From the NCBI GenBank assembly GCA_965227295.1, contig OZ245742.1:4320001-4384000 (forward strand): a stretch of 64,000 nucleotides of DNA. The letters are read 5' to 3'. Under the pieces are notes generated by a model. That model searched no databases and was not told the origin of the DNA. It saw nothing but the letters and a program-made list of their open reading frames with translations. Source of the DNA: Leptonemataceae bacterium (GTDB lineage Bacteria; Spirochaetota; Leptospiria; Leptospirales; Leptonemataceae). Positions 1 to 9,773 of this stretch are shown here, one piece after another; position 1 is the first letter of the stretch, and each line of letters starts with the position of its first letter. The translations under genes and the position numbers were made by a program.

Positions 1-2
1 GT

Positions 3-1679
3 GTACTGGTTCCCTGGGTCGGCACGGTTCTCACGGTCAGCGGCGCCGTTCCGTTTTCCCATCCCGGCCTGGATCTTACGCCGATCACGTTTACGTTTAC
101 GAACATCATCCTGTCCGTGGCCCTGTTCCGCTTTCGTTTGTTGGATCTCGTTCCCATCGCCCGGGAACGCGTGCTGGAAGTGATGGTGGACGGAGTTCTC
201 GTCACCGCTTTTCCGAATCACGAACTGGTAGACTGGAACCCTGCCGCGCGAACCATGCTCGCGCCGTACGCCCGACGGCGCTGGGAAGCCGGGACTCCGC
301 TAACCGCTCTGGTTCCCGAACTGTACGCGCTCGCAGACCCAGGCGAGTCCATCGACCTCGGCGACGGCGCGAACCAAATATCCCTCGTCGTCCGCCGAAC
401 GATTCTACGCGATTCCGATCGGGCCACCCGCGGTGAAGTCTGGACCGTGCAGGATGTCACCGAACGGATCCAGGCGTATCGCGAACTTGAAGCGGAACGC
501 CGACGCGCGGAAGAAGCCAACGCCGCAAAGAGCCGGTTCATCGCCATGATCAGTCATGAGATTCGCACGCCCATGAACGCGATCCTGGGTTCGGCGGATC
601 TCTTAAGCGAGTCGCCGTTAAACCAGGACCAACACGAGCTCGTGCGCATCTTTCGCACCGCGGGACGTACGTTGTTGAACATGCTGAACGACGTTCTGGA
701 TATTTCGCGCATCGAGGCCGGCCGGGTCACGCTGCAACCCGAGGACTTTCGCCCGGCCGAGCTGCTCGCGGACCTGCAGGGCATCTTCCAGGGCCGGGCC
801 GCCGAAGCAGGCACTACGCTGCGTTTCAGCATTGCGGAGAATACGCCGGAACTCATACGCGCCGATGCCCAGCGAATCACCCAGGTGCTTTCGAATCTTA
901 TGAGCAACGCGATTAAGTTTACATCGCAGGGTTTTATTGATATTAATCTAAGAAAACCGGCGGACGGACGGTTGGAATTCACCGTGGAAGATTCAGGAAC
1001 CGGAATTCCCGAAGACTTTCTCCAGCATCTCTTCGATCCCTTCAGCCAGGCCGGCAGCGACCAGCCGCGCGAGGGGGCCGGCCTCGGCCTGGCGATCACG
1101 AAACACCTGGTGCATATTATGGGCGGAGAGATCGAAGCCCGCAACCGCACTCCGGCGGAGGGACGCTCCGGGGCCTGCTTTCGTTTTACGGTAGCTTACG
1201 AAGCGCCGTCCGCCGTCGAAGACCAGGGTGAATCGGAACCGGCCGACGCAGGGCACAGCCGGGAACGCGCAGCCCGCGCCAGGCGACCGGGAAAACAACC
1301 GGTACGCGCGCTCATTGCCGAGGATACCGAGGTGAATCGGGTACTCATCGAACGTTTTCTTAAGAATAGCTCAGTAGAACTTACCTTCGCCCACGACGGT
1401 CGCGAGGCCGTGGATTGTTTCGAGCAGGCCCGCTTCGACATCGTATTCCTCGACGTGCAGATGCCGGAACTGGACGGCTACGCCGCCGCCCGGGAAATGC
1501 GCCGCCACGAAGTCAGTACCGGTAAGCCGCGCACGCCGATCCTGGCGCTCACCGCCTACGCCATGCAGGAAGAACGGCGGCGCGCCCTGGACGCGGGAAT
1601 GGACGATCATCTGACGAAACCGATCGATCGGAAGACGCTGGAAGCGGCGATTGAAAGGTTTGTGGGGGGACCGGAATAA
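3..1679 (+). CDS. Hybrid sensor histidine kinase/response regulator (membrane N-terminus, PAS-like, HisKA, HATPase, REC); 5'-truncated by window edge
   Basis: Frame is open from position 3 (VLVPWVG...DLTPITF...ALFRFRLLDLVPIAR, HisKA_7TM-like). H-box SHEIRTPMN, N-box NLMSNAIKFT, G-boxes DSGTGI/GAGLGL, REC FLDVQMPELDG. Confidence 0.93.
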   Translation, partial: VLVPWVGTVLTVSGAVPFSHPGLDLTPITFTFTNIILSVALFRFRLLDLVPIARERVLEVMVDGVLVTAFPNHELVDWNPAARTMLAPYARRRWEAGTPLTALVPELYALADPGESIDLGDGANQISLVVRRTILRDSDRATRGEVWTVQDVTERIQAYRELEAERRRAEEANAAKSRFIAMISHEIRTPMNAILGSADLLSESPLNQDQHELVRIFRTAGRTLLNMLNDVLDISRIEAGRVTLQPEDFRPAELLADLQGIFQGRAAEAGTTLRFSIAENTPELIRADAQRITQVLSNLMSNAIKFTSQGFIDINLRKPADGRLEFTVEDSGTGIPEDFLQHLFDPFSQAGSDQPREGAGLGLAITKHLVHIMGGEIEARNRTPAEGRSGACFRFTVAYEAPSAVEDQGESEPADAGHSRERAARARRPGKQPVRALIAEDTEVNRVLIERFLKNSSVELTFAHDGREAVDCFEQARFDIVFLDVQMPELDGYAAAREMRRHEVSTGKPRTPILALTAYAMQEERRRALDAGMDDHLTKPIDRKTLEAAIERFVGGPE

Positions 1680-1688
1680 GCCGGAATT

Positions 1689-2846
1689 TTAAGATCGACC
1701 CACCTTCTCCTGATAACCGAAGTAGTAACGATCCTTCAACGGTTCCTCCGCCGCGGCACGCAGCCGGTCCTCGACGCCCTTGTGCTCCGGAACGTGGGCC
1801 GGGTCGATGTCGAAGTGCACGGCGTTTTCGAAAGGTCGTAACAGCAACTCCGCGTCACTTAAGTCGCTCAACGCTTCGGTAAAAAGGATCTCCCGGTACA
1901 ATTCCAGGTTCGCGGGGTTCAGGCAACGACTGCCGAGAGACAGAGGCTCCACCGCCACCTGAACCAGCAGTTTACTCTGCAACCAGGGATCCGCGAGCAT
2001 GGTGTCATAGTCGAGATCGAAGAGTTGCTGTACGGTGCCGTACGTCCGCCGTACGTTTTCCCGCGCGATGATGAAGGCCGGCACGTACTTCTCCAGCTCC
2101 TGGCCGGTCCACACAATCTGCTTGCACCGAACGTAACCGAGCAAAGCGTGCGCCAGGTTGAGCGGCGCATGCATGCGCGCGTTGAAACGATAGGTGCGTT
2201 GCTGGTTTTCCTGAACGAGCACCTCCGTCCGATACTCCAGTTCTTCGTCGGTGCGGTATTCTTCGGCGAGTTGCATGAGGCTCTGGAACTGCTCACGAAC
2301 GCCCGCATGATTCGGATCGCTGGCATCGTAGTGGAGCCTGTTGATATCGTAGAGGGCTTCCGCCGTGAGTCCGCGCAGCAGCCCCTCTTCTTCTAAGATG
2401 ATGTGCATTTCCAGCAGGTCGTCCGTGCGATCGGCGACGGCGAACAGCTTTTCGTAGGCCGCGACGGCGCGATCCTGGTAGCCGTGGCTCTGCGCGGCCT
2501 CGTAGGATGCACGGTACTGCTCCAGGAACTCGCTTACGGTGGGGAGTTTCGGCGCCGTTTCCCCGGCCGGCGGCGCATCCGCGGCCGCGGCGGGCGCACT
2601 CGCGGCCTGAGACGCGCGAGTCATTAAGTCCGTTTGTTTTTGCATTAAGCCGGAAGATTGCAGCTCCGTCATGAACGCGCCGACGTCGCCGGCTCGCTCT
2701 CCCAGGGCGTACATCTCTTCACGAAAGGCGTCAATCTCCGCCTGCACTCCCGGATCGCTCACCTGCACATGCGCGAAGCCGGACAGCATTCCGTCGATGG
2801 TCTGTTGAATCATGGCGTCCATAACGTCCTCCTGTCGGTTGCTCAC
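1689..2846 (-). CDS. Hypothetical acidic helical protein
   Basis: 385-aa ORF with protein-like composition; GTG start overlaps the upstream stop (alternative ATG at 2822); no recognisable motif. Confidence 0.75.
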   Translation of the reverse strand: MSNRQEDVMDAMIQQTIDGMLSGFAHVQVSDPGVQAEIDAFREEMYALGERAGDVGAFMTELQSSGLMQKQTDLMTRASQAASAPAAAADAPPAGETAPKLPTVSEFLEQYRASYEAAQSHGYQDRAVAAYEKLFAVADRTDDLLEMHIILEEEGLLRGLTAEALYDINRLHYDASDPNHAGVREQFQSLMQLAEEYRTDEELEYRTEVLVQENQQRTYRFNARMHAPLNLAHALLGYVRCKQIVWTGQELEKYVPAFIIARENVRRTYGTVQQLFDLDYDTMLADPWLQSKLLVQVAVEPLSLGSRCLNPANLELYREILFTEALSDLSDAELLLRPFENAVHFDIDPAHVPEHKGVEDRLRAAAEEPLKDRYYFGYQEKVGRS

Positions 2847-3652
2847 ACCGGCCCCGAATAGAATTCCTTGCGATCATACTCGCCCGGCTCCTTTTCCGGC
2901 GCCCAGGCCAGGTAGACGGTTCGCGTGCAGCGCCCTTCAAATTCGCGACCCATCTGTTTAAGATCTTCTGCGCGTGACTTAACAACTTCCAGGGCCGCCC
3001 GGCTGCGTTCCTGCAGCTCCGCTTCCGCCGCCGTACGATCCGGGTCCGCCGCGAGTACGTCCTGAATGTCCCGCACGGCCGCGGCGTACTGTTCGTCTCC
3101 GAGCACCGAATGTTTGCGAAAGTAGTCCTGGCCCACGGCCTCCGCGAAACTACTGCCCGCGCCTTCGATGCGCCGTGCGAGATCGCGCAACCGCTGCACG
3201 GCCTTCGCATGCCCCGGGTCCGCCGGAAACAAACCGCGCAGTTGCAGGACCAGCGCGAGCATTTCATCCAGCGCGCCGACGATGTCCCCGACGCGATTGA
3301 GTTCCTTTGCAACGTCCTGGTCCCAGCCGGTGACGTACGCGGCCTGGTAGTCGGCGGCCACGCGGTCGTGTTGCGCGCGGTAGAGATCGGCCGCGCCGTC
3401 GAGGGTCGGCGCGAATTCCCGCGCGGCCTTTTCCCGGGCGTGCATTTTGTCGAGGTAGAGGGCCTGGGCCGGTTTTTCCCAATAGCCCTCGGCCTTCATG
3501 CGGCTCTGGATTTCTTCGTAACTTGCGCACTCGCCCACGAGCTTTGCGAGATCGGAGTAGACCTGCGCCTGGTTCGGAGCGAGGCCGCTCTCTGTGTGTT
3601 TCTGTGCGAGGAGTTCGTAGTAGTAGACGCTGCGCTGGATCTTATCGGCCAT
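2843..3652 (-). CDS. Hypothetical protein
   Basis: 269-aa ORF with ATG start; overlaps the next gene by 4 bp. Confidence 0.75.
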   Translation of the reverse strand: MADKIQRSVYYYELLAQKHTESGLAPNQAQVYSDLAKLVGECASYEEIQSRMKAEGYWEKPAQALYLDKMHAREKAAREFAPTLDGAADLYRAQHDRVAADYQAAYVTGWDQDVAKELNRVGDIVGALDEMLALVLQLRGLFPADPGHAKAVQRLRDLARRIEGAGSSFAEAVGQDYFRKHSVLGDEQYAAAVRDIQDVLAADPDRTAAEAELQERSRAALEVVKSRAEDLKQMGREFEGRCTRTVYLAWAPEKEPGEYDRKEFYSGPV

Positions 3653-3697
3653 GACGTTTTTTGATGATGCAGTCGAGAACCGACAAGCGCTTTTCGC

Positions 3698-4096
3698 TCA
3701 GCGCTCGCGATGCCGGGTCCCGACTCCGGCCGTAATAAACAGGGCCGTGCACTCGCCGTCGACATCCGCCGTATGCCAGACGCCCGGCGCATTGATCGCG
3801 TACTCTCCGGCCTCAAGCCGGACACGATTCTCGCCGGCCTGCGTTTCCTGGATCAGCACCATACTCCCGCGGAGGCAATACACGACCTCGGCCCCGGAGG
3901 GATGCATCTCCCAACTCGTCCAGGATTCATGAAACGTGTACTCGGCGACCAGTCGCGCCTCTAAGCCGTCGGACTCGTGACGCTGCACGTAGTCCGCGAA
4001 CCACTCAAACCCGGTGATCGTCGACTCCGGAACGGCCGTGGCCCCGAGACCCAGGTGGATGGGATGCGAACTCAGTTTGTAAGATGATTGGTCCAT
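3698..4096 (-). CDS. Cupin domain protein
   Basis: Cupin motifs WEMHPSGAEVVYCLRG and NAPGVWHTAD; start chosen at MDQSS (4096), downstream of the mdh terminator. Confidence 0.85.
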   Translation of the reverse strand: MDQSSYKLSSHPIHLGLGATAVPESTITGFEWFADYVQRHESDGLEARLVAEYTFHESWTSWEMHPSGAEVVYCLRGSMVLIQETQAGENRVRLEAGEYAINAPGVWHTADVDGECTALFITAGVGTRHRER

Positions 4097-4122
4097 GGAT
4101 GATCGCCTGTCCTGCGCGGTCG

Positions 4123-4157
4123 AAAAAAAACGGCGCGCCCGAAATCGGAACGCGCCG
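4123..4157 (-). terminator. Rho-independent terminator of mdh
   Basis: Minus strand reads CGGCGCG...CGCGCCG stem followed by T8, just downstream of the mdh stop. Confidence 0.8.
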
Positions 4158-4189
4158 CCTTTCATCAGCTAACTTATGCCGGCCGAATC

Positions 4190-5212
<1,023 letters not shown>

Positions 5213-5242
5213 TCAAGTCACTTATAGGGGGAAAATACGCTT

Positions 5243-5347
5243 TCTTCGCGCCAGGGTGGTCGCGAAGCGAGTCTTTGCGCAGCAAAGACCGAAGCCGAAG
5301 GCGGAGCCCTGGAAAGCCCGGTCGACGCCGAAGGCGGCGAGGCGCCC
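5243..5347 (+). repeat. Structured intergenic repeat, solo copy A (internally shortened)
   Basis: GCGCCAGGG...GTCTTTGC-GCA-GCAAAGAC...GGAAAGCCCGG...GGCGCCC; same layout as the copies at 7.0, 14.9 and 41.1 kb. Confidence 0.85.
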
Positions 5348-5437
5348 TGAAAAAATCTCCGGTGACAACACGCGGCTTAGCTTAACTTAAGTTGATATTT
5401 ACCGGGGCGACCCGCCCGCCCGGCAGAGTGGAATTGG

Positions 5438-6313
5438 TCATTTCCGCAGCTGCTCGATGATCTCCGGAAAGTTCTCGTGGTTCCCGGCGGCCGCCGCTTC
5501 TTTCGAGTATTCCTGCGCGTACAATGCCAGTTCGTACGCGTTGCTGCCGTACATGTTCACATACTCCAGGCTCGCGCCCCGGTTTACGAGCAAACGCACC
5601 GTATCGACGTGCCCGAACCAGATGGCGTGATGCAGCGCCGTCATCTTTGAGTCGCCAGGCGCATCGATGTCGAAGATCTGCGGCGCCGAATCCAGCAAAC
5701 GTTCGATGAACGCCGTGCGCCCCTCTTTCGCGAGGTCCGTGTGGATTATACGCACGTATTCGGAGGCTTCCGCGTGCGGCGGGACGTGGGCGGTCTTGCC
5801 GTTCGCGCAAACAACCACCGCCGCCTCAACCGGCGACAGCGCGGTGCGCACACCCGCGGCCAGCGTGCCAATCACTTGCGGATCGCGGTCGAGCATTACG
5901 GCCAGGGCGTAGGCCGTGTGGCCGTGCCAGGTCGCGGCGACGTTCGCGCCGGCTTTGATTAACATGTTAATCGAAACCACGCCCCGCCCCCGGCGCACGG
6001 CGTGGTGCAGGGCCGTGCCGGAGTTGTTGAGATCCTCGTCCGGATCGGCGCCGGCGTCGAGGAGCAGTTGCAGGCCCTCCCGGTGGCCGCCGGTTTCATC
6101 GTGCGGGTCGTCCTCGAAGTCGAGCTTGCGTTTCAGGGCGTTGGTACCTTCGGGCCGCGCGCCGGCTTCCAACAATATGCGCAGATAGACCGGGTCCTGG
6201 TGTTCGGCGGCGTGATACAGGGACTCGTTATCGTTCGGGTCCCGGCCGGCAGCCAGGAGCTCGCGTACGCGTTCCAGTTCGCCGCGCGCCACGGCCGCGT
6301 AGAGTTCGCTCAC
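5438..6313 (-). CDS. Ankyrin repeat protein
   Basis: Repeated ankyrin motifs: GTALHHAV...LIKAGANV, MTALHHAIWFGHVDTVRLLVNRGA. Confidence 0.9.
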   Translation of the reverse strand: MSELYAAVARGELERVRELLAAGRDPNDNESLYHAAEHQDPVYLRILLEAGARPEGTNALKRKLDFEDDPHDETGGHREGLQLLLDAGADPDEDLNNSGTALHHAVRRGRGVVSINMLIKAGANVAATWHGHTAYALAVMLDRDPQVIGTLAAGVRTALSPVEAAVVVCANGKTAHVPPHAEASEYVRIIHTDLAKEGRTAFIERLLDSAPQIFDIDAPGDSKMTALHHAIWFGHVDTVRLLVNRGASLEYVNMYGSNAYELALYAQEYSKEAAAAGNHENFPEIIEQLRK

Positions 6314-6981
6314 AGGATGTTACTCAGGTCTTTGATGTCTTGAATCACGGCCGCGGCCCCCTCCCATTCCTCGACCGTGCCGTGGCCGTACGCCGCCGCA
6401 ATGAACGGCACGCCGTTCGAGATCGCCGCGTCGCGATCCGAGGTCCGGTCGCCGATTACCACGGCTTCGTCGGCCGCGTAGCCGCCGGCACGCAGGCAGT
6501 ACGCCACGAGCTCGTTTTTATTGTGAATGGTGCGATTGTCCACGAACGGCACGTCACGAAATAGGGCGTACGTGCCGTTCTTTCTCAAGATCGCCTCTAC
6601 GTACGGATAGCGCCCGTTGGAGACGCCCCAGAATTCGTAACCGCGCTCGCGTAACTTACGCAGAGTTTCAGTTACCCCGTCGTAGTGCTCGCCCTCCCCG
6701 AACGTAATGCCGCGCACCAGGCCGTGCAGGATCGTAAGGCTCAACTGCGATCGTTCGCGTTCGTCCAGGTCCGGCGCCAGGTTTTCGAAGATCACCTTCA
6801 CGGGCTTGCCGACCTGTTCCATAATCTCGGGAAGCGACGGCACCTTCTTCGGCTTGCCGTAGGTACTTCGAAACTCGTGGAACGACCGGGCGTAGATGGT
6901 GTGGATCATGCCCTCGCTGGAAAAAAGGGTGCCGTCCACGTCCCATAAGATGGCTTTGATTTTCGCTTTATTGAATGTCAT
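6310..6981 (-). CDS. HAD-superfamily hydrolase (phosphoglycolate phosphatase-like)
   Basis: Motif I WDVDGTL, motif II VSNG, motif IV IGDRTSD. Confidence 0.9.
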   Translation of the reverse strand: MTFNKAKIKAILWDVDGTLFSSEGMIHTIYARSFHEFRSTYGKPKKVPSLPEIMEQVGKPVKVIFENLAPDLDERERSQLSLTILHGLVRGITFGEGEHYDGVTETLRKLRERGYEFWGVSNGRYPYVEAILRKNGTYALFRDVPFVDNRTIHNKNELVAYCLRAGGYAADEAVVIGDRTSDRDAAISNGVPFIAAAYGHGTVEEWEGAAAVIQDIKDLSNIL

Positions 6982-6993
6982 ACAGATTTCTTA

Positions 6994-7358
6994 ACTCTTG
7001 CGCCAGGGATTGAAGCGATGGCCGAAGGCCAGTCTCACCGCAGGTGAGACCGAAGCGATAGCGGAGTCGCGCAAAGCCCGGTCGCCGCGTAGCGGCGAGG
7101 CGCCCAAACAAATCTTCCTGAATCTTATCTTAACCGCCTCTTTATTTGGGCGCCCCCGCCACGGGTCCGCTCTCGGCATCCATGCCTCCGCGGACACTTC
7201 CAACGTCTTGTTGGTCGCCTGGCGGTCGGGCTACTCCGCACTCCGCTATCGGCCAGTGGGGAACATCTACCGCGGCCACGACAAGCGTGGCCTTGCTGGT
7301 CCTCCGCTTCGCTCCGGACTGGCGCTTCGCGCCATGCTACGTATCCCTGGCGCGAAGA
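6994..7358. repeat. Inverted pair of structured repeats: copy B (6994-7108, +) and copy B' (7145-7358, -)
   Basis: Each copy begins CTT(C)GCGCCAGGGAT and ends GGCGCCCAAA on its own strand; 36-nt AT-rich spacer. Confidence 0.9.
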
Positions 7359-7384
7359 TTTAAGAGACGCACTCAGCAAATCTT

Positions 7385-8488
7385 TCACCGGTCCAACTCA
7401 AACGATTCAATGAACCGTTCAATCACTTCAATATGATCCTTCTCCGGGCTGTCGTGTATGTTCGAAGGTTCGTAGAGATGCTCGTCGAACAAATGAAAGT
7501 CGAAGATCTTTAACTGAAAGTCCGGCAACGTAATGATGATGTTTTCCGTGTGAATGTCCAGGATCAAGCGATCCCGCGTGGCGAGCAGTTCCGTGAACTT
7601 GATCAACCGGCGGAAATCCTCCGTAATTTTCAAGAGCACTTTTTTTTTGATCTTCCCGAAACGGCCGATGTCGAATTCGAAATCGTAAGCCGGCATGAAC
7701 GTGCGGCCCAGAAGGCCCTGATCGCGTTTGCGACCGGCCGTGGCGAATTCTTTCAGGTGTTTGCCCATGAGCAGGACCTGGGAGTCCATGGGCATCATCT
7801 TGCGCGAATAGAAGTCCTCATTCAAGCGGCGCCGGTAGCGCACGCCCATAAAAAACTTCGTGGGCAGCACCAGATCTCGCAGTTGCTCACGCACGATCCA
7901 GTAATGATACCGCTCCAGGCCCAGGCGGTAGAACTTACCCCGCAGACGTTCCCGGCGCCAGCGCGGGAGCCGGCTTTCGTAATGATCCAGTAAGTGCAAC
8001 TCTTCGGGTCTTAAGAAACCTTCTTTGTTGTCGACCACCTCCCGGTACAACGAGCCGAAGACCGGGTCCGAGCCGAGGATGTCCTTCGAAACCTTGACGA
8101 CCATCTGCCACGGGAGTTTGTAGACGAACTTGTACGAACCGCGCCCGATGTACGACTCCGGCGTAATCGGCATGAAATCTTCAAGAAACTCGCGATCGTG
8201 TTTGTAGTTCAAACGGAAGATGTGCGTGATCGGAAAGAGGTGCTCGTAGAGCCGCCGCGGCCAGGAGGACTGGCGCAACTGAAAATCCACGGGCAGTTGT
8301 TCGATGGACGGGGCCGTGAGTTCCCGGGCGCGATCGAAGGCCTGTTCGATCCACTTCTCGTCCGAGAACGAATCCATGAGCGAGCGCATGTAGGCCCCGG
8401 CATCCTGGCCGCTCTGTTCGACGCGCTTCCGGCCGCGACGGAGCCGATCGCGGACGCGGTCGTAAAATTTTCTGAATTCACCGGGCAT
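7385..8488 (-). CDS. Hypothetical protein with protein-kinase-like motifs
   Basis: IGRGSYKFVY (Gly loop), VVKV, LDIHTENI, KIFDF. Confidence 0.7.
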   Translation of the reverse strand: MPGEFRKFYDRVRDRLRRGRKRVEQSGQDAGAYMRSLMDSFSDEKWIEQAFDRARELTAPSIEQLPVDFQLRQSSWPRRLYEHLFPITHIFRLNYKHDREFLEDFMPITPESYIGRGSYKFVYKLPWQMVVKVSKDILGSDPVFGSLYREVVDNKEGFLRPEELHLLDHYESRLPRWRRERLRGKFYRLGLERYHYWIVREQLRDLVLPTKFFMGVRYRRRLNEDFYSRKMMPMDSQVLLMGKHLKEFATAGRKRDQGLLGRTFMPAYDFEFDIGRFGKIKKKVLLKITEDFRRLIKFTELLATRDRLILDIHTENIIITLPDFQLKIFDFHLFDEHLYEPSNIHDSPEKDHIEVIERFIESFELDR

Positions 8489-8504
8489 GTTCTAAACCTT
8501 TTCC

Positions 8505-8618
8505 ACTCCGAGGACCGAGGTACCGAGGTAAAAAAGAAAACTGAAAGCTCCCATAACCTGAACGCTTTCCCATCACGCACGCCCTCCCCGAAAACCTCGA
8601 ACTCTCGGTCCTCGGAGT
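8505..8618. repeat. Small element bounded by about 25-bp imperfect inverted repeats (MITE/REP-like)
   Basis: ACTCCGAGGACCGAG (8505-8519) is the exact reverse complement of 8604-8618; a further CGAGGT/ACCTCG match follows after 4 nt. Confidence 0.7.
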
Positions 8619-8622
8619 CCAT

Positions 8623-9753
8623 TCATCTTCCCTCAAGCACCTCACGATACACGGCCATCGTATCCCTTACGGTCGCCTCTTTGCTGAACTTCTTCACGCG
8701 CTCTCGATTCAAGTTACCGAACTTCGCACGCAAACCCGCATCCGTCAACAAGCGCGCCATGTTTTCCGCGAGCGCGCCCGGATCCTCCGCCGGACTCAAA
8801 AGCCCGCCCTCGCCGTCCACGATCATTTCCGGGATACCGCCGGCCGCCGTCGCCGCCACCGGCAGGCCGTAGCCCATGGCGTCCAAAACCGCCGTGCCCA
8901 GGCCCTCTTCGTTCGACGACATCACAAAAACATCGAAGAGACCGTAGAGATCGTCCACGTCGTTGCGATAGCCTGTGAATGTTAGAAAACCGCCCTCGAG
9001 CAAACCCGCGGCGTCGGCCTGGACCTCCAGGCTTTCGCGTAACTTACCTTCACCTGCAATTAAGACGTGGAACGCGGGGAGCTGATCTTTGCGGCGCGCG
9101 AGTTCCGCCGTGGCCGCGACCAGGGTCTTCTGATCCTTATGCCCCACCAGCATGGCCACGTTGCCGAAGACGATCGTCTCATCCGCCAGGCCCAACTCCG
9201 CGCGCAGACGCCCGATGGCCGTCGCATCATGCTTTTTCTCAAAACGTTCGAGGTCGATGCCCGAATACGCAATGCGGATGCGCTCTTCCGGAATGCCGTC
9301 CAGCATGAGGATGCGCTTCACGTTCTCGGAGATGGCGATGTACATCGCCACGTGCGGGCTCAGATACTTGCGCCGGGAAAGAAAGTTCGTGCCGGCCGGG
9401 AAATCCACGCGCCGCGAAACGATGAGTTTCGTTTTGGGCAGACCGCGCACCGCCATGAGGCCCAGGCCGTGGGCGCGCGAAGTATGGGCGTGCACGAGGT
9501 TCGCCCCGAACTCCCGCGCGATGTTCCGAATGCGTCGCGCGGCCAGGAGGTCCCACTCGCCGCCCATGCGTACAGCACGGAACGGCAGACCGGCCTCTTC
9601 ACAACGCGCCTGGAGTTCCGAGTCCGGCCGGCCGACGACGAGCTGCTGAATTTCGGGGCCGACGTCGCGCAAACCTTGCGCCAGAAATAAAACCTGGCGT
9701 TCGCCGCCGCGCCAGGTCTTCGCCGTATTCAAATGCAGGACGCGCGGATTCAT
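8623..9753 (-). CDS. Glycosyltransferase family 4 (GT-B)
   Basis: WRGGERQV N-terminus, VHAH, EGLGTAVLDAMGYGLPVAATAAGGIPE. Confidence 0.92.
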   Translation of the reverse strand: MNPRVLHLNTAKTWRGGERQVLFLAQGLRDVGPEIQQLVVGRPDSELQARCEEAGLPFRAVRMGGEWDLLAARRIRNIAREFGANLVHAHTSRAHGLGLMAVRGLPKTKLIVSRRVDFPAGTNFLSRRKYLSPHVAMYIAISENVKRILMLDGIPEERIRIAYSGIDLERFEKKHDATAIGRLRAELGLADETIVFGNVAMLVGHKDQKTLVAATAELARRKDQLPAFHVLIAGEGKLRESLEVQADAAGLLEGGFLTFTGYRNDVDDLYGLFDVFVMSSNEEGLGTAVLDAMGYGLPVAATAAGGIPEMIVDGEGGLLSPAEDPGALAENMARLLTDAGLRAKFGNLNRERVKKFSKEATVRDTMAVYREVLEGR

Positions 9754-9773
9754 GAACGTGCGCCCTTAGCAGA

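Noticed and set aside
5346..5367. Minus-strand TGTCAC upstream of mdh as a third promoter-motif copy
   Set aside because: The hexamer 10 nt downstream is TTCAGG, not TANNNT.
6991..7436. Short ORFs over the repeat pairs (also 14752-15277 and 41042-41455)
   Set aside because: They translate the palindromic repeats (recurring WPKAS and AEPWKAR peptides) and show no independent coding signal.
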